From: Euryarchaeota archaeon UBA487
GTDB taxonomy: Archaea; Thermoplasmatota; Poseidoniia; Poseidoniales; Thalassarchaeaceae
NCBI GenBank assembly: GCA_002505695.1
Contig: DAVU01000020.1
Location: 97,107 to 161,106, forward strand
Direction of reading: 5' to 3'
DNA: 64,000 bases
Below, one piece after another: positions 1 through 9,782 of this stretch (the first letter of the stretch is position 1; each line of letters starts with the position of its first letter). The translations under genes and the position numbers were made by a program. Under the pieces are notes generated by a model, which ran no database searches, was not told the DNA's origin, and worked only from the letters and a program-made list of their open reading frames with translations.

Positions 1-778
1 GGGGGCTGCGGCCGGACTAGCTCCTGCATATTCTTTCTCCGCTTATGTGGCAGAAGTAGATGTTGACATAGAGACAGGGCGGATCAAGGTTGAGAAAGTC
101 TGGGCTGCGCACGACTGTGGTAAGGCACTGAATCCACTCTCCGTGGAAGGGCAGATCATCGGATCTTGCCATATGGGTTTGGGACAAGTCATATCTGAGG
201 AAATGAAGTACGGAAGGACAGGCAATCTCCTTAATCCAGACCTATTAGGATACAAGATACCGACCGTTCATGAAATGCCGGAGGTTGTCCCTATCATCGT
301 CGAGTCGAATGATCCAGAGGGGCCTTTTGGTGCCAAAGAGGCTGGGGAAGGCCCTCTCCTACCGATACTCCCAGCAGTTTGTAATGCAGTCTATGACGCC
401 ATCGGGGTAAGGACCAATGAGTTGCCACTAACTCCTGACAGATTGTACAGATCCATAGAGAAAGCATGCAAACAACGGGGCATAAAAGACCCCAGGGATC
501 TCCCTAACCCCTCCCTAGAGCAGACGTCCCTCTCTGATATACTAATTCGCAGAGCAAAAGATCACGCAAAACGTGATAGAGAAAGGCGCTTAAATCCAAA
601 TCCAGATGCCTATTACAACGGGCAGTTGTTCAATCGTCACAACACAGGGCCCCCGGAGGAAAATGATTCGGACTGGACTGTCCAAGTCCTTCCGGATCAA
701 GAATACCTAGAGAATCCAAAACTCGCCGGCAGTGCTTGGTTGCACAAAGAGCGAAGACACATGGAGGGAGTTGAATGA
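1..778 (+). CDS. Molybdopterin-dependent hydroxylase large subunit (CoxL/XdhA family), C-terminal part; 5' end lies outside the window
   Basis: The frame is open from the window edge to the stop at 778. The translation (KVWAAHDCGKALNPLSVEGQIIG...EGPFGAKEAGEGPLLPILPAVCNAVYDAIG) matches the conserved C-terminal Mo-cofactor-binding region of aldehyde oxidase/xanthine dehydrogenase/CO dehydrogenase large subunits. Confidence 0.8.
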   Translation, partial: GAAAGLAPAYSFSAYVAEVDVDIETGRIKVEKVWAAHDCGKALNPLSVEGQIIGSCHMGLGQVISEEMKYGRTGNLLNPDLLGYKIPTVHEMPEVVPIIVESNDPEGPFGAKEAGEGPLLPILPAVCNAVYDAIGVRTNELPLTPDRLYRSIEKACKQRGIKDPRDLPNPSLEQTSLSDILIRRAKDHAKRDRERRLNPNPDAYYNGQLFNRHNTGPPEENDSDWTVQVLPDQEYLENPKLAGSAWLHKERRHMEGVE

Positions 779-1770
779 AGACGCCTGCATTTGAAGTCCA
801 CATGCCAAAAACACTCGATGATGCCCTCGAAACTGCAAAACATTTGCATGATGGCGGACATGATTTTGACTGGATATCGGGAGGTACGGATTTGATTCCA
901 AACTATAAATGGGGAATTAACTCAAAGCCTCACGTCATTTCTATATCCGGAGTTAGTGAACTAAAGGGCATATCTGCAACAAGGATTGGTGCTATGGTAA
1001 GGCTTCAGGACATTGTAGAGTCAACTGTCGCTCATCCTCTGATTGTTGAAGCTGCGGGGACAATCGCGAGCGTGATGATTCGAAGATCTGGCACACTAGG
1101 AGGGAACCTGTGCTTGGACACCCGGTGTTTCTGGCTGAACCAATCTGAAACTTGGAGGAAATCCATAGATTACTGCCACAAGTGCGATGAGGGCACTGGT
1201 GCAGATTGCAGAGTGATTCCAAATCAGAATGAGCTATGCGTCGCAACTTATCAGGGCGATCTTGCTCCAGCATTGATGTGCTTGGATGCCAGAATTCATC
1301 TGGCATCTCACAGAGGTACTCGAAGCATGCTACTGGAAGATTTCTTCCAAGAGGATGGCATAACGAGGAACGTCTTGGAAACTGGGGAAATAGTAACACA
1401 CATCCAACTTCCGGAGAATTCCGCCAACTTTGTTGGCTCGTACCAGAAACTTCGACTGCGAGAGGCGTGGGATTTTCCTGAAGGAGGAGTTGCCTTTTCT
1501 GTGGGAATTTCAGATGATGGGACTGTATCAACAATCAATATGGCCAGCACGGGATTCGAGAGCATCCCCCGGAAGCACATAGAATTGATCGAAACCCTCG
1601 ATAAGGGTCCCAATTGGGCCCTCGAAGCAGAGCGACTGGGGGCAGAACTCAAGAGAGCGGTGCGACCCGTACTGAATACGTGGTTCCCTCCAGCATATCG
1701 AAAGAAAATGGCCCCCGTATTGGCCAGAAGAGCGATGGAAGAGACCTCAAAAAGAGTTACATCTGGCTAG
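775..1770 (+). CDS. Molybdopterin dehydrogenase FAD-binding subunit (CoxM/XdhB-like)
   Basis: The ATGA stop/start overlaps the upstream large subunit. An FAD-binding PCMH-type N-terminus (GGTDLIP) is present, and the C-terminal YRKKMAPVLARRAMEE resembles the CoxM tail. Confidence 0.75.
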   Translation: MKTPAFEVHMPKTLDDALETAKHLHDGGHDFDWISGGTDLIPNYKWGINSKPHVISISGVSELKGISATRIGAMVRLQDIVESTVAHPLIVEAAGTIASVMIRRSGTLGGNLCLDTRCFWLNQSETWRKSIDYCHKCDEGTGADCRVIPNQNELCVATYQGDLAPALMCLDARIHLASHRGTRSMLLEDFFQEDGITRNVLETGEIVTHIQLPENSANFVGSYQKLRLREAWDFPEGGVAFSVGISDDGTVSTINMASTGFESIPRKHIELIETLDKGPNWALEAERLGAELKRAVRPVLNTWFPPAYRKKMAPVLARRAMEETSKRVTSG

Positions 1771-2672
1771 TTGCAACTATCATTCTAGCACTCTCTAGCT
1801 TGAATTCTGTAGTGGGACAGGACGGCCCGGGAGCCTGGTCTGTTTCAATTTCCGACGAAAACGGAGAGGTTCAGAAAATCACACTTTCAGATAAAGGCGG
1901 CGCCTCTATTCCGATTTTGGTCGAAAATAACGGCATCACCAGCATAACAGTCTCATTGGATTGTACATCTCCCTTCGATGCTCAGGTGTCCTGCCCGGGA
2001 GATGTCACCGTGACGGCAGGAGAGAATACCACTGTCTACGGCGTCGTAAGCGATGTGGATGTGCTGAATTACGCTGCAAGCACCAGTGAGCTATTCGAGG
2101 TGACTGGGACGGTTATCGCAAGACAGGGAGTCCCTATTGCCCTTCCAGGGGAGACTGCTTCGGACGATGTTCAGTTGGAGATACCGGAGGTTTTCAACTT
2201 GGAAGTTCGGATCGACGACCCTGTCGGGCCGATGAACGCGGGGGCGGACACGATTCTCAGAGTTTTTGTCCAGAACAATGGGAACATCGCGGATAGGGTT
2301 TCCGAAACCGATGTCTCCGTGGACTGCACACTGATTACGGTCGGGACTCAGACCTCTGAAATAACCAACAAGGAGATTGCGTCGGGGGCTACAATCACTG
2401 CAAACCTGGTATTTGAGGCCGCACTTAGCCACCCCTCCAGATCCTGCGACGTGGATATTCAAATCGTTTCCCAAGGTTCCGACGGCAGCCAAACATCAAG
2501 TGATTCCACTCGTATAGAAGTACAGGCCGCCACGGGAGAAAGTGGGGACAAGGAGCCGGTCGATGACGGGTCAGGGACTGTCGAAGTTGTAACTACGGGA
2601 CTTCCACACATCGGGATATTAGGTACAGGCACGTCATTGTTGATTGCAGCTTTTGTGCGTAGGAAAGTGTGA
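1614..2672 (+). CDS. Secreted/surface protein with N-terminal signal-like segment and C-terminal TM anchor; start codon uncertain
   Basis: The only in-frame ATG (1614) lies about 150 nt inside the coxM-like gene. A hydrophobic signal-like segment (LVATIILALSSLNSVVGQ) begins right after the coxM stop (1768-1770). The C-terminus LLIAAFVRRKV is a TM anchor with a basic tail. Confidence 0.5.
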   Translation: MGPRSRATGGRTQESGATRTEYVVPSSISKENGPRIGQKSDGRDLKKSYIWLVATIILALSSLNSVVGQDGPGAWSVSISDENGEVQKITLSDKGGASIPILVENNGITSITVSLDCTSPFDAQVSCPGDVTVTAGENTTVYGVVSDVDVLNYAASTSELFEVTGTVIARQGVPIALPGETASDDVQLEIPEVFNLEVRIDDPVGPMNAGADTILRVFVQNNGNIADRVSETDVSVDCTLITVGTQTSEITNKEIASGATITANLVFEAALSHPSRSCDVDIQIVSQGSDGSQTSSDSTRIEVQAATGESGDKEPVDDGSGTVEVVTTGLPHIGILGTGTSLLIAAFVRRKV

Positions 2673-2786
2673 AATCTGTTCAAAATTCCTCTTTGCATTC
2701 AAGATCGACTTTCAGCAACCTATAACACCTCGCGAATGCCGCAAAGCCTTGTCGGCCTCCTTGGGGGGCCAGCGTAGGCGATTATA

Positions 2787-4409
2787 ATGGCCAGGACAGA
2801 CAGCGATGCAGAGCGGTTCAACAGAATCGTGGTTTGGTCACTTGCAGTCACTGCCGTTTTGTTGTTGGTTCTTCCAATGTTCTTCGTTTTATCAAACGAA
2901 ACATATTATTCTGCGTATGTCGAAGGCGGAGACACCGACGAAGAGAAATTTGCTCAACTATCGACGATGAGATCCACGCTCATGGAAAATCTCGATAAAG
3001 GCAACGGAGAGGTTTCTTTGGGCTATGACGTTGCAAACACCATCTCTACACCCATGCTCGTCAACGATTGGAGGGATCCGCACAGAAGCATGTTGGTCAT
3101 AGTAGGGCCCGAAAAGCCAATCGACCAAACCGAAGCACGGGCGATTCACAACTTTGTCACAGAGTCTGGTGGAAAGGTGATCGTGGCTGCTGAAAACTCT
3201 AACGCAAACGAATTGGCATCATTGTTCGGGGTGACTTTTTTTGACGACCCTCTACATGATGAGAATCAACATTTCCTTATCTACAACGATGATGGTGAGC
3301 CTTATTCTCCATCATGGAGGAACGTATGGTCTGCTGCTTCAGTAAACCAGGACGTGGAATCTATGCAACCCGCCTACCTCAGCCAAGTTTGTACAGACGA
3401 TCAGATTAGGAACAACCTGATGACAAATTGTAGACTGCCTGTTATGTTTAGATCGCCCACTGGCATGAAATTTGAGCCAACTGACTTGGACGAGACCGAC
3501 CCGGATCACAGGAGTGTAAAGGTATTAGCAAGAGCCTCCTCTGGTGCTTTCATTGATGTGGCCAGGACGGGAGATGCAGGAGATTACAGGAATCCTGCAC
3601 CAGGGGACCTAGCACTGGTCATCCGAGCCGATTATCCTGTGAAAGCTTTTGATAAACCACAAGAAAGTCAGGGTGGTTTCGTCGGCACCACTGAGGTCGC
3701 GGAGGTAGATGTCACCGGGAGCATAACCTTTGTCGCTGATGATGAGGCCTTCTCAAACATGCTGTGGGATCTCCAACAAGCCCAGACCCAAGGAATAAGA
3801 TCCAATTGTGACACGGTGAATTCATGTTGGTTGGATGTCCTTCCCGAAGGACAATGGAATGGAAATTCTGCATATTTCTCGGCTCTAATTTTTGACATGA
3901 TGGAGCACAGGAATCCAGAATTATCCTCAACTTTCAGAGATGACAAATCCCAATACCAAATTGTCTTTGATGAAAGCAGACACTCAACAGGCAGATTGTC
4001 AGCGCCTTTCGTAGAAACGATGGGCACAGTGGTTTTACTTACCTCAAACCCATTCCTCAAGTGGCTTGTGGTTTTGAACGTAGGATTGTTGTTGCTAGTT
4101 TCAATGATGGTTGTCCCACAGAAAGAGAACTGGAGACATGTGTTCGACCTCACTAGATTCAAAGAAAGGCCTGGCAAATTAGATCCCTCAACATACAGGG
4201 AAAGGGTTCAACAAGCGTTGTTTACAAAAGTCAGAGTTCACTATGACCTAACAAGGGATCAACTGGCTCTTAAGCCTCCGTCAGAAGTGCAAGACATGAT
4301 CAATGATCCCAAACTTGTAGAGTTGGCATACAGCCAATCTCGCGTTTACCAGTCCCAAGAATTGCGACAGTTGATGGTCGCTATACGTAAATGGGGAAAG
4401 CCAAACTGA
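2787..4409 (+). CDS. Membrane protein with N- and C-terminal TM helices and a large extracytoplasmic domain (DUF4350-like); first gene of the MoxR/DUF58 cluster
   Basis: An N-terminal TM (VVWSLAVTAVLLLVLPMFFVL) and a C-terminal TM (VVLNVGLLLLVSMMVV) flank a large domain. Position and topology match the DUF4350 partner of MoxR-DUF58 operons. Confidence 0.45.
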   Translation: MARTDSDAERFNRIVVWSLAVTAVLLLVLPMFFVLSNETYYSAYVEGGDTDEEKFAQLSTMRSTLMENLDKGNGEVSLGYDVANTISTPMLVNDWRDPHRSMLVIVGPEKPIDQTEARAIHNFVTESGGKVIVAAENSNANELASLFGVTFFDDPLHDENQHFLIYNDDGEPYSPSWRNVWSAASVNQDVESMQPAYLSQVCTDDQIRNNLMTNCRLPVMFRSPTGMKFEPTDLDETDPDHRSVKVLARASSGAFIDVARTGDAGDYRNPAPGDLALVIRADYPVKAFDKPQESQGGFVGTTEVAEVDVTGSITFVADDEAFSNMLWDLQQAQTQGIRSNCDTVNSCWLDVLPEGQWNGNSAYFSALIFDMMEHRNPELSSTFRDDKSQYQIVFDESRHSTGRLSAPFVETMGTVVLLTSNPFLKWLVVLNVGLLLLVSMMVVPQKENWRHVFDLTRFKERPGKLDPSTYRERVQQALFTKVRVHYDLTRDQLALKPPSEVQDMINDPKLVELAYSQSRVYQSQELRQLMVAIRKWGKPN

Positions 4410-4419
4410 AGATACAGGA

Positions 4420-5493
4420 GTGAATGATATGTCAGATACACCACCGCCGCCAGCCAGTACAAAAAACAAAGGGAAGAATGCAGATAAAATCGAAGAGGGC
4501 TATGCCAAAAAGGCAGCAGAAGCACGAGGGGGGGAGAAAGTAAGTGATCGCCTTACGGCAGTTAGCGCCATCGCTAAGGCTATCTCAGGCGAGGTTCAAA
4601 AGGTAATTATCGGAAAGTCGCACGTAATCGACAACGTTCTGATCAACATTTTATCTAACGGAAACTTACTTTTCGAGGACTATCCTGGTCTCGCAAAGAC
4701 CCTGATGACGAACACCTTCGCTGACGCGCTAGGCTGCGACTTCAAGAGGGTTCAATTCACGCCAGACCTGCTGCCTGCTGACATCACGGGAACTAACATC
4801 TATGATGCCAAGAAAGGTGAGTTCACATTCAAGCCCGGACCAATTTTTTGCAACCTGCTCCTGTCAGACGAGATCAACCGGGCACCTCCAAAGACACAAG
4901 CTGCTCTGCTGGAAGCCATGCAAGAAAAGCAGGTCACCATTGGGACTGTGACCCACAAACTGCCCGCGCCTTTCCTAACAATGGCCACACAGAATCCGGT
5001 CGAACAAGAAGGTACGTACCCTCTACCAGAGGCCCAGTTGGACAGATTCATGTTCAAGATGAGCGTTGGATATCCCGACAGGGGAGACGAAGACGAGATT
5101 CTCGCAAGGCGAATAGAGCGGAAGAAAGACGATGTCGATGTTGAGGTCATTACCGACCCATCGCGAGTTGTCGCGATGCAAGAAGCGATAGAGGACGTAT
5201 ACGTTGATCCTGCAGTTAGGATGTATATGGTTGAGGTAGTGTCGAGGACGAGAGAGGACCCCCGTGTCTTGGTAGGGTCCTCACCGCGTGGATCCCAAGC
5301 ATTGCTCAAGACCTCTCGTGCTGCTGCTGCAATGCGAGGTCGAGATTTCGTCACGCCTGATGATGTCAAATCCGTCGCGACGCTGGCTGTATCTCACAGA
5401 CTCATATTGAAGCCGGAGCATCAAATTAAGGGGCTCGAGACTGAAGAAGTTGTGCGTGATATACTGAACCAAGTTCCCGTGCCAACTGTTTGA
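4420..5493 (+). CDS. MoxR-family AAA+ ATPase
   Basis: Translation contains [35 protein letters not shown]... and [27 protein letters not shown], a typical MoxR/AAA_3 signature. Confidence 0.9.
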   Translation: [357 protein letters not shown]

Positions 5494-5550
5494 TGTTTTA
5501 CATGACCGAGGTAGGGGGGATTTACACTGGCGTGGAGCAGAAAGTCAGCA

Positions 5551-6846
5551 ATGTTTGCATCTCTGGCTATTGGGCTCTACCTGCTTGGGCTTGTTCTAAG
5601 GAATCAACAACTTGTCACCGTCGCAGTTGTTCTGCTATCATTCCTGACTTACGCTGCATTCAGAACTACTCACGCAGATGTTGCATCATCGGGGAGAAGG
5701 CTAGAGGATAACGAATCAGACGAGGGGATACAACTCGGAGGAATCTCGGCCCTTAGAAAAGTGTCCTCTTCAAGAGTCTTTGAGGACGGAGAGATTGACG
5801 TAGTGCTCAGAATACAAAATAGGACCCCCATGGCGAAAATCGTCGAAGTCAGGGACAGAGTCCCTGAAGTCATGCGAATAAAAAAAGGGGCAAACTACGT
5901 CTTGATGGAACTTGGAGGGAGAAGAGAGACAGAGATATCTTACACCATTGAAGCCCCTCTGAGGGGATTCTACACCATTGGCCCAGTCTGTGTTCGAATA
6001 CAGGATACTTTCGGTCTTTTTCACAATGAGCGTGAGATACAGCTGTACGATGATTTCCTAGTTTTCCCCAAAATGGAAGATATCAAGGATGCGATGATAA
6101 AAAGTAAGGTCCCTAAAATTTTCACAGGTGCTGTAAACATAAGGAATCCCGGGGAAGGATCCAATTTCTACAATCTCAGGGAGTATATACCAGGGGATCC
6201 CATGAAGAAAGTAAACTGGAACGCGACCGCAAGAAGTGGTGGCAAGATGATGGTGAATGAATACGAGAGAGATGCTGTCAGTGACATTATCCTAATTGTT
6301 GACAGTCGCTCAATAAGTGAAACGGGCCCTGTTAGCCGAAACTCACTTGTGTACAGCACGAGAGCTGCTGCAAGTTTGGCCCAGCATTTCCTTGCTAGGC
6401 GTGACTCAGTTGGTCTTGTAACCTATGGTGACGAGATTGTCTCGGTAGACAGGGACACTGGGAAAAAGCAGCTCTACGTCATCCTGACTAAACTGGCTGG
6501 AGCAGTTGCAAAGGGGAACACACCCCTGAGAGTGGTGACTAATAGGTTGATGCCGCACATAAACAGAGGTAGTCCGATCATTATCCTGAGCCCGCTGGAA
6601 GACGACCCGACCATAATCGACGCCGTGAGAGATCTCCGTGCTAGGAATTTCATGGTGACAATACTCTCCCCCAGCAGCATAGATTTTGAGTTCGACGCGA
6701 GAAGGCTTGATCCAGTTGGATATGAGCTGCTAAAGACAGAGAGGGATATCTTGATGACAGAAATAAGAGGGTTGGGGGCGAATATCATGGATTGGGAGCC
6801 GGAGATGCTACTAGTCACAGCACTGGCAGGTGCCAGAGGATACTGA
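5551..6846 (+). CDS. DUF58 (VWA-like) domain membrane protein
   Basis: Two N-terminal TM helices are followed by a DUF58/VWA-like core (ILIVDSRS...), and the gene sits immediately downstream of MoxR, the classic pairing. Confidence 0.7.
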   Translation: MFASLAIGLYLLGLVLRNQQLVTVAVVLLSFLTYAAFRTTHADVASSGRRLEDNESDEGIQLGGISALRKVSSSRVFEDGEIDVVLRIQNRTPMAKIVEVRDRVPEVMRIKKGANYVLMELGGRRETEISYTIEAPLRGFYTIGPVCVRIQDTFGLFHNEREIQLYDDFLVFPKMEDIKDAMIKSKVPKIFTGAVNIRNPGEGSNFYNLREYIPGDPMKKVNWNATARSGGKMMVNEYERDAVSDIILIVDSRSISETGPVSRNSLVYSTRAAASLAQHFLARRDSVGLVTYGDEIVSVDRDTGKKQLYVILTKLAGAVAKGNTPLRVVTNRLMPHINRGSPIIILSPLEDDPTIIDAVRDLRARNFMVTILSPSSIDFEFDARRLDPVGYELLKTERDILMTEIRGLGANIMDWEPEMLLVTALAGARGY

Positions 6847-6855
6847 GGTGGAAAG

Positions 6856-7782
6856 ATGTCAAAAGGATCTAGCACGGATACTTCACATCTATATGATGGA
6901 AAAAGCGTAAGATCGTCTGCCCCCAGCAGAAAAAAAGCGGCCGGCCGAGTCACACAATCCACATCCATACCAAGGGATGCCATCCCAGAAACTAAGATTC
7001 CAACTTGGGTGGAATCATTTTTTGGAGGCCCTCTTGTTCCCTCTGTCAGATTCTTGAGCCCTAACAAGACTGTTGTTAGGCTTCAGATGGCTTCAGTGAC
7101 AACGTTGATTCTCCTTGGTTTAGTAACCTTCGTCATAACACCTTCCTCGGGGACGGTATGGTTTTGGCTCTCCAATCTTGTTGGGGTACCTTTCTTCAGT
7201 GGACTCATTCACTATCTCCTGTTGATTGGAGGAGTTCTGATTGGAGCCTACGGGGTAATTCAAAGAGATCAACGAATGATATTGTTGTCCCAAGTAGCTA
7301 TGATTTTGATTACTGTAAGATTCGCTGGTAGCAAGGTCGAGTTCGCAATGGCGGCTTTGGACGTTGACAGTGAATTCATACAGAAATTATTGTTAATTTT
7401 CTATGCTCTTTTCCTAGTGATGTACATTGAGCTCTCGTCGGGCGTAATCCGCTTCTCTATGCTTGACACTTCAATCAGGACTCGTGAAGTGTATGTGATG
7501 GGGCAAGAAAGAATAATTCAGAAATACAACAGATCTCTTGGGACCACGCCATTGATCGCAGGATTTGTAGCCTTGATCACACTTTTGATTAACGTAATCA
7601 TTCCAGCTATAATTGGAATCTTCGACCAGGTCTCCTCAAACAGACTTAGTGAGAGCGTCGAATTAACCAGTGTTTACGGGGTTGCGTTAGGCACTGCTAT
7701 GGTCTTTGGCCTCATTGCCATATCTTTCAGTGTGAACCTACCTGCAAGAATACAAAAATTCCAAGAAGGTCGTGCTGAATAA
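6856..7782 (+). CDS. Polytopic membrane protein (fourth gene of MoxR/DUF58 cluster)
   Basis: Multiple hydrophobic helices are present, and the gene is co-directional and tightly spaced after the DUF58 gene. Confidence 0.45.
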   Translation: MSKGSSTDTSHLYDGKSVRSSAPSRKKAAGRVTQSTSIPRDAIPETKIPTWVESFFGGPLVPSVRFLSPNKTVVRLQMASVTTLILLGLVTFVITPSSGTVWFWLSNLVGVPFFSGLIHYLLLIGGVLIGAYGVIQRDQRMILLSQVAMILITVRFAGSKVEFAMAALDVDSEFIQKLLLIFYALFLVMYIELSSGVIRFSMLDTSIRTREVYVMGQERIIQKYNRSLGTTPLIAGFVALITLLINVIIPAIIGIFDQVSSNRLSESVELTSVYGVALGTAMVFGLIAISFSVNLPARIQKFQEGRAE

Positions 7783-7848
7783 TTGGCCTTACCACACCAA
7801 GGCAGATTATTTTCCACTGTAATGTTCATGCCAATAAACAGTAGGATT

Positions 7849-8949
7849 CTATTCTTGTTTTGCCATCTCAATTAGATCGGCGATCACCAAAACCGCTGAT
7901 GCTTCTACGACTGGGACTGCCCTAGGCCCGATTACCGGATCGTGCCGTCCTTTGATTTTTAGGGGGGTTTTTGCTCCGCTTGGAAGGTGAAGGGTTGTCT
8001 GTGTTTTTGAGATGCTGCTGGGTGGTTTGAAGTGGACCACCATACGGAGGAGGGCACCAGTTGATCTTCCTCCCAAGGCTCCATCAGGAAGGTTTCCGGA
8101 GTCAGAGGCAGGAGAAACCTGTCCTGCCTGTATTGTCCAAGTATCATTGTGTTCTGACCCCTTCATTGTTGATGACTGGAAGCCCTTGCTGAACTCTACT
8201 GCCCTGGCGCCAGGTATTGCCATCATCACCCGCGCTAATGCAGGTTCGAGGCCATCAAACCATGGCTCTCCTATGCCCATGGGCAAACCCTCGATCACAC
8301 ATTCCACTGTGGACCCGATTGAATCACCTGATTTTCTGGTTAGTTCTATCTCCTCAGAGAAAACTGGTGCCATCACAGAGTCGTAGCAATTCAATCTAAG
8401 CATGTCATCGCTTTGAACGGTAGAATCCCAATTTAGGTTCACCAGAGAATCTGCATATTTGTCTCCTACAGAGTAAAGCCCAGCCTTGATGCTTACGTTC
8501 TCTGCAGAAATAAGTTGTCTCACTTGACTTGCTGCTGCCACCAATCCAAGTGTCAATCTGGCGGATTGGGAGCCGCCGCCTCGCAAATCCGTGGATCCTC
8601 CTGACCTTTCAATCTCTACCATGTCTGCATGCCCAGGTCTTGGGTGGTCTGGTAGAAATCCGTAATCTTTGGATCTTGCATCGTCATTCTTGGCAATCAG
8701 TAGGATGGGCCATCCAGTGGCTACCCCCTCATGGACGCCAGACATAATCTCACATTCATCTGATTCCGACCGCCTACTCATCCCCTTTCTACCTGGTTTT
8801 CGCTTTTCTATCTCTTCGATTAGTGAATCGTAATCGATAGGGGTTCCAGGAGGGATGCCTTCGAGAAGAGCGCCCACACACTGCCCATGACTTTCGCCAA
8901 AGAGCGTGATGCGAATCTTGTTTCCGAATGCCATGCCCATTATTCCCAC
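7849..8949 (-). CDS. aroC: Chorismate synthase
   Basis: FGESHG and RPGHAD motifs are present and the overall length fits. The true start may be the internal Met (MAFGNK..., about 8934), which would avoid overlap with aroK. Confidence 0.9.
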   Translation of the reverse strand: MGIMGMAFGNKIRITLFGESHGQCVGALLEGIPPGTPIDYDSLIEEIEKRKPGRKGMSRRSESDECEIMSGVHEGVATGWPILLIAKNDDARSKDYGFLPDHPRPGHADMVEIERSGGSTDLRGGGSQSARLTLGLVAAASQVRQLISAENVSIKAGLYSVGDKYADSLVNLNWDSTVQSDDMLRLNCYDSVMAPVFSEEIELTRKSGDSIGSTVECVIEGLPMGIGEPWFDGLEPALARVMMAIPGARAVEFSKGFQSSTMKGSEHNDTWTIQAGQVSPASDSGNLPDGALGGRSTGALLRMVVHFKPPSSISKTQTTLHLPSGAKTPLKIKGRHDPVIGPRAVPVVEASAVLVIADLIEMAKQE

Positions 8950-9782
8950 CCCATGCGGGGGCGTTGAAGGACCTTTGTAGTGATAATTCGTTCAAATGAT
9001 CTGGAAAATTCCGATACCAAGTCAACCTGATCTTCCTCATATAGAATAGCAATACTTGGTCCAGATCCGGTGATTGACGAGGCGAGGCCCATTGAATCAA
9101 GTGTTTTCAATAACTTCAGGCCCTCTAGATCTCGAGTGGATTCTGCCACAGCGAGTCCATTTTCTTTGAATGCAGCTATCACGTCGCCAGAAATCAACGA
9201 TTTTTTCGCGATATTAAATTTCGACCTCATTTTTTCAAAATCGGATAACTTAGGAGTCGATCTTCTCCTCCCTCTGTTTATTATCGTACAATACATATTA
9301 TTGATTTCAGTGTGAGCAAACGGCTCTGATGGTAGTTCTGATTCTAATCTGATTATTGCAGAATTCAAGCCCATCGCAGCCCAATTGTCATCATATGAGC
9401 CCGTCATGGAGCAACCACTCCTCATTTGCATTTCAGCTGCAACTTCGACGATCTGTCTTGAATTTAGGTCAATTCCAAATTCGTTAATTACACTCTTGAT
9501 CGCACTTATCGCTACAGCCGAGGATGATTTAAGCCCCATTGATGCAGGTATCTCGCTCTCCATCGATATGGTGATGTCACTATCGATTTCCTGCCCTGTC
9601 AAGGACAGAATTGATGATGAGAGCTGACTTAGGAGGCCACTTTCATCCGCGTGATTTTCTGTTTTATCCCTATTTATTATGGCCTTACAAGACAGATCAA
9701 TAGGAGTGGAACATCCCCATCCACATCCCGCTGCATGGAGTATGCTCACACCACCGTAAGCAACACTGGAGGTTGATGTCAT
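8940..9782 (-). CDS. aroK: Archaeal-type shikimate kinase (GHMP kinase family)
   Basis: GHMP-kinase glycine-rich motif (MGLKSSSAVAISAI) is present, the length is about 280 aa, and the gene sits in the aro operon between DHQ synthase II and aroC. Confidence 0.75.
   Translation of the reverse strand: MTSTSSVAYGGVSILHAAGCGWGCSTPIDLSCKAIINRDKTENHADESGLLSQLSSSILSLTGQEIDSDITISMESEIPASMGLKSSSAVAISAIKSVINEFGIDLNSRQIVEVAAEMQMRSGCSMTGSYDDNWAAMGLNSAIIRLESELPSEPFAHTEINNMYCTIINRGRRRSTPKLSDFEKMRSKFNIAKKSLISGDVIAAFKENGLAVAESTRDLEGLKLLKTLDSMGLASSITGSGPSIAILYEEDQVDLVSEFSRSFERIITTKVLQRPRMGWE

Noticed and set aside
4848-5144. 98-aa Arg-rich ORF inside the MoxR gene
   Set aside because: It is an alternate-frame artefact within a highly conserved AAA+ ATPase coding region.
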